This document shows, piece after piece, positions 62,821-64,000 of a stretch of 64,000 bases of DNA (its first letter is position 1; the number at the start of each line of letters is the position of its first letter). The notes under the pieces are model-generated. The model was not told where the DNA came from, made no database searches, and saw nothing but the letters and a program-made list of their open reading frames with translations. Source of the stretch: Anthoceros angustus (lineage: Eukaryota > Plantae > Anthocerotophyta); assembly GCA_010909165.1 (NCBI GenBank), contig MU008176.1, positions 550,856-614,855 of the forward strand. The letters are read 5' to 3'. Made by a program: the position numbers and the translations under genes.

Positions 62821-64000
62821 GGCAGCTCTCCCGTATCAAGACTGGAGTAAGCGCACATTCATTCCTCCGGATGCCTAAGCTTGTGGCAAAAGCTAGAGTT
62901 TCATGCGGAGTCGGACCCGGGACCGAGACGTGCATTGGCGGCCCTCCTCGGTGAGGCTGGCCGATGCGATGACTGAGCCTTGATGACTAGCGTGAACTTG
63001 CATCTGGTGGAAAGCTGCGGGTGAGAAGCCATCGGACTGAAAGAGACATGGAGGAGAGTCAAGCAATCTAGAGCCCAATCTAGAGCCCGGCCATCTACAA
63101 CAACAACTTGGTTGAAGAAGAGAAGAGGAGGCAGAGTCAAATAGTCCACCAACAACAACTCGTAGCAAAGCTACCCGAGGACGAGGGAGGCGCGGATGAG
63201 CGTTTCAAGCGTGTGCGTAAAGGTTGTGGAAGATGATCTTTGTGAGAGGGGCACCGGAGGGGCACTCAAGAGGCGAGAGGGAGGGGGGGCAAAGTAAATG
63301 GAGTGGCAAAGGCTAAGGCAACACAGAATATCAAGGCTAAGGCCGACTGTGGATGACATGCACGAAAGTGAAACGGAGAGTGAAGATACCCAACTCGAAA
63401 CGGCATAGAAGAGAGATTTGGAGAGGCGGTGACGCATGGGGATGATAGAGGAGCAGTTGCAGCAGACGGCAAGGACAAGGTTGCGGAGTGTCCCCCGTGG
63501 AACAAGCGAGGGAGGTATGGGAGGTGCTTACAACCTCCCCGAGGTTTCATGGAGGCGTCGGAGGGGGGGCAAACTATTCAGGAGGAGCTAGAAAACGCAA
63601 GCAGGCCTAACCATGGTGCTGCGGATTTTGTCCAATGCGCAAAGGAGTGTGAGCGGCATGTGGCTGGCAACTTTGTGTCTCGACAGAAGTTTGGGGAGGC
63701 AGGCTTTCGGGAGATGCCGGCATGGGTTGCTGAACTTGCTCGCGGAGCCCCAACGTCAACTGAGGAGGGGCCAACAAATCAGCCAGAGCCCGCAGACGCC
63801 AGCAGGCTTGACCATGTTGCTGCTGATTTTGTCTCAGCCCCAATGGACTATGAGCGACATGTGCCTGCTCACCCTACTCCTCGAATCTTGCTCCGTGTCT
63901 GCATGTGCTCAAGGCTCAAATTCCAGCCATTTCTATTGACAATCCGCGATTCAAGTCCTTGCGGTAGCGGGACGGCCTCTAAGCGGCATGTGTTGTTGAG

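Noticed and set aside
1-64000. tRNA, rRNA or snoRNA genes
   Set aside because: None recognised by eye; tRNAscan-SE and Infernal would be needed to exclude them.

Overview
Eukaryotic nuclear DNA from a land plant, probably a non-seed lineage (inferred from the gene and TE content). It holds three host genes: a TDR/PXY-like subfamily XI LRR receptor kinase (+, ~29021-32311, with a local cluster of probable sequencing-error frameshifts), a multi-exon omega-amidase/NLP3-type nitrilase (-, includes a 16-nt micro-exon) and an intact 6-exon ETR1-like ethylene receptor (-, 746 aa). The rest is mostly transposon-derived: a complete pogo-like element (22887-26334), a 463-bp MITE, an AT-rich repeat family with a foldback copy, LINE and Harbinger remnants, nested CACTA elements, an LTR-like remnant and an unclassified GC-rich multi-ORF region (1-16060). 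The best candidate for an undescribed system is a 4.66-kb Sola-like DNA transposon (37597-42252). It has 30-bp TIRs, an AGAC target-site duplication and an empty-site paralog in the window. It carries a spliced, decayed gene for a beta-class N4C/N6A DNA amino-methyltransferase. Other leads are a divergent OTU deubiquitinase and RING-H2 pair split by the pogo insertion, and a weak tyrosine-recombinase-like remnant between inverted tandem arrays. Several indel-rich tandem duplications suggest unpolished long-read assembly, so frameshifts should be read with caution. All family assignments are by eye; no searches were run.
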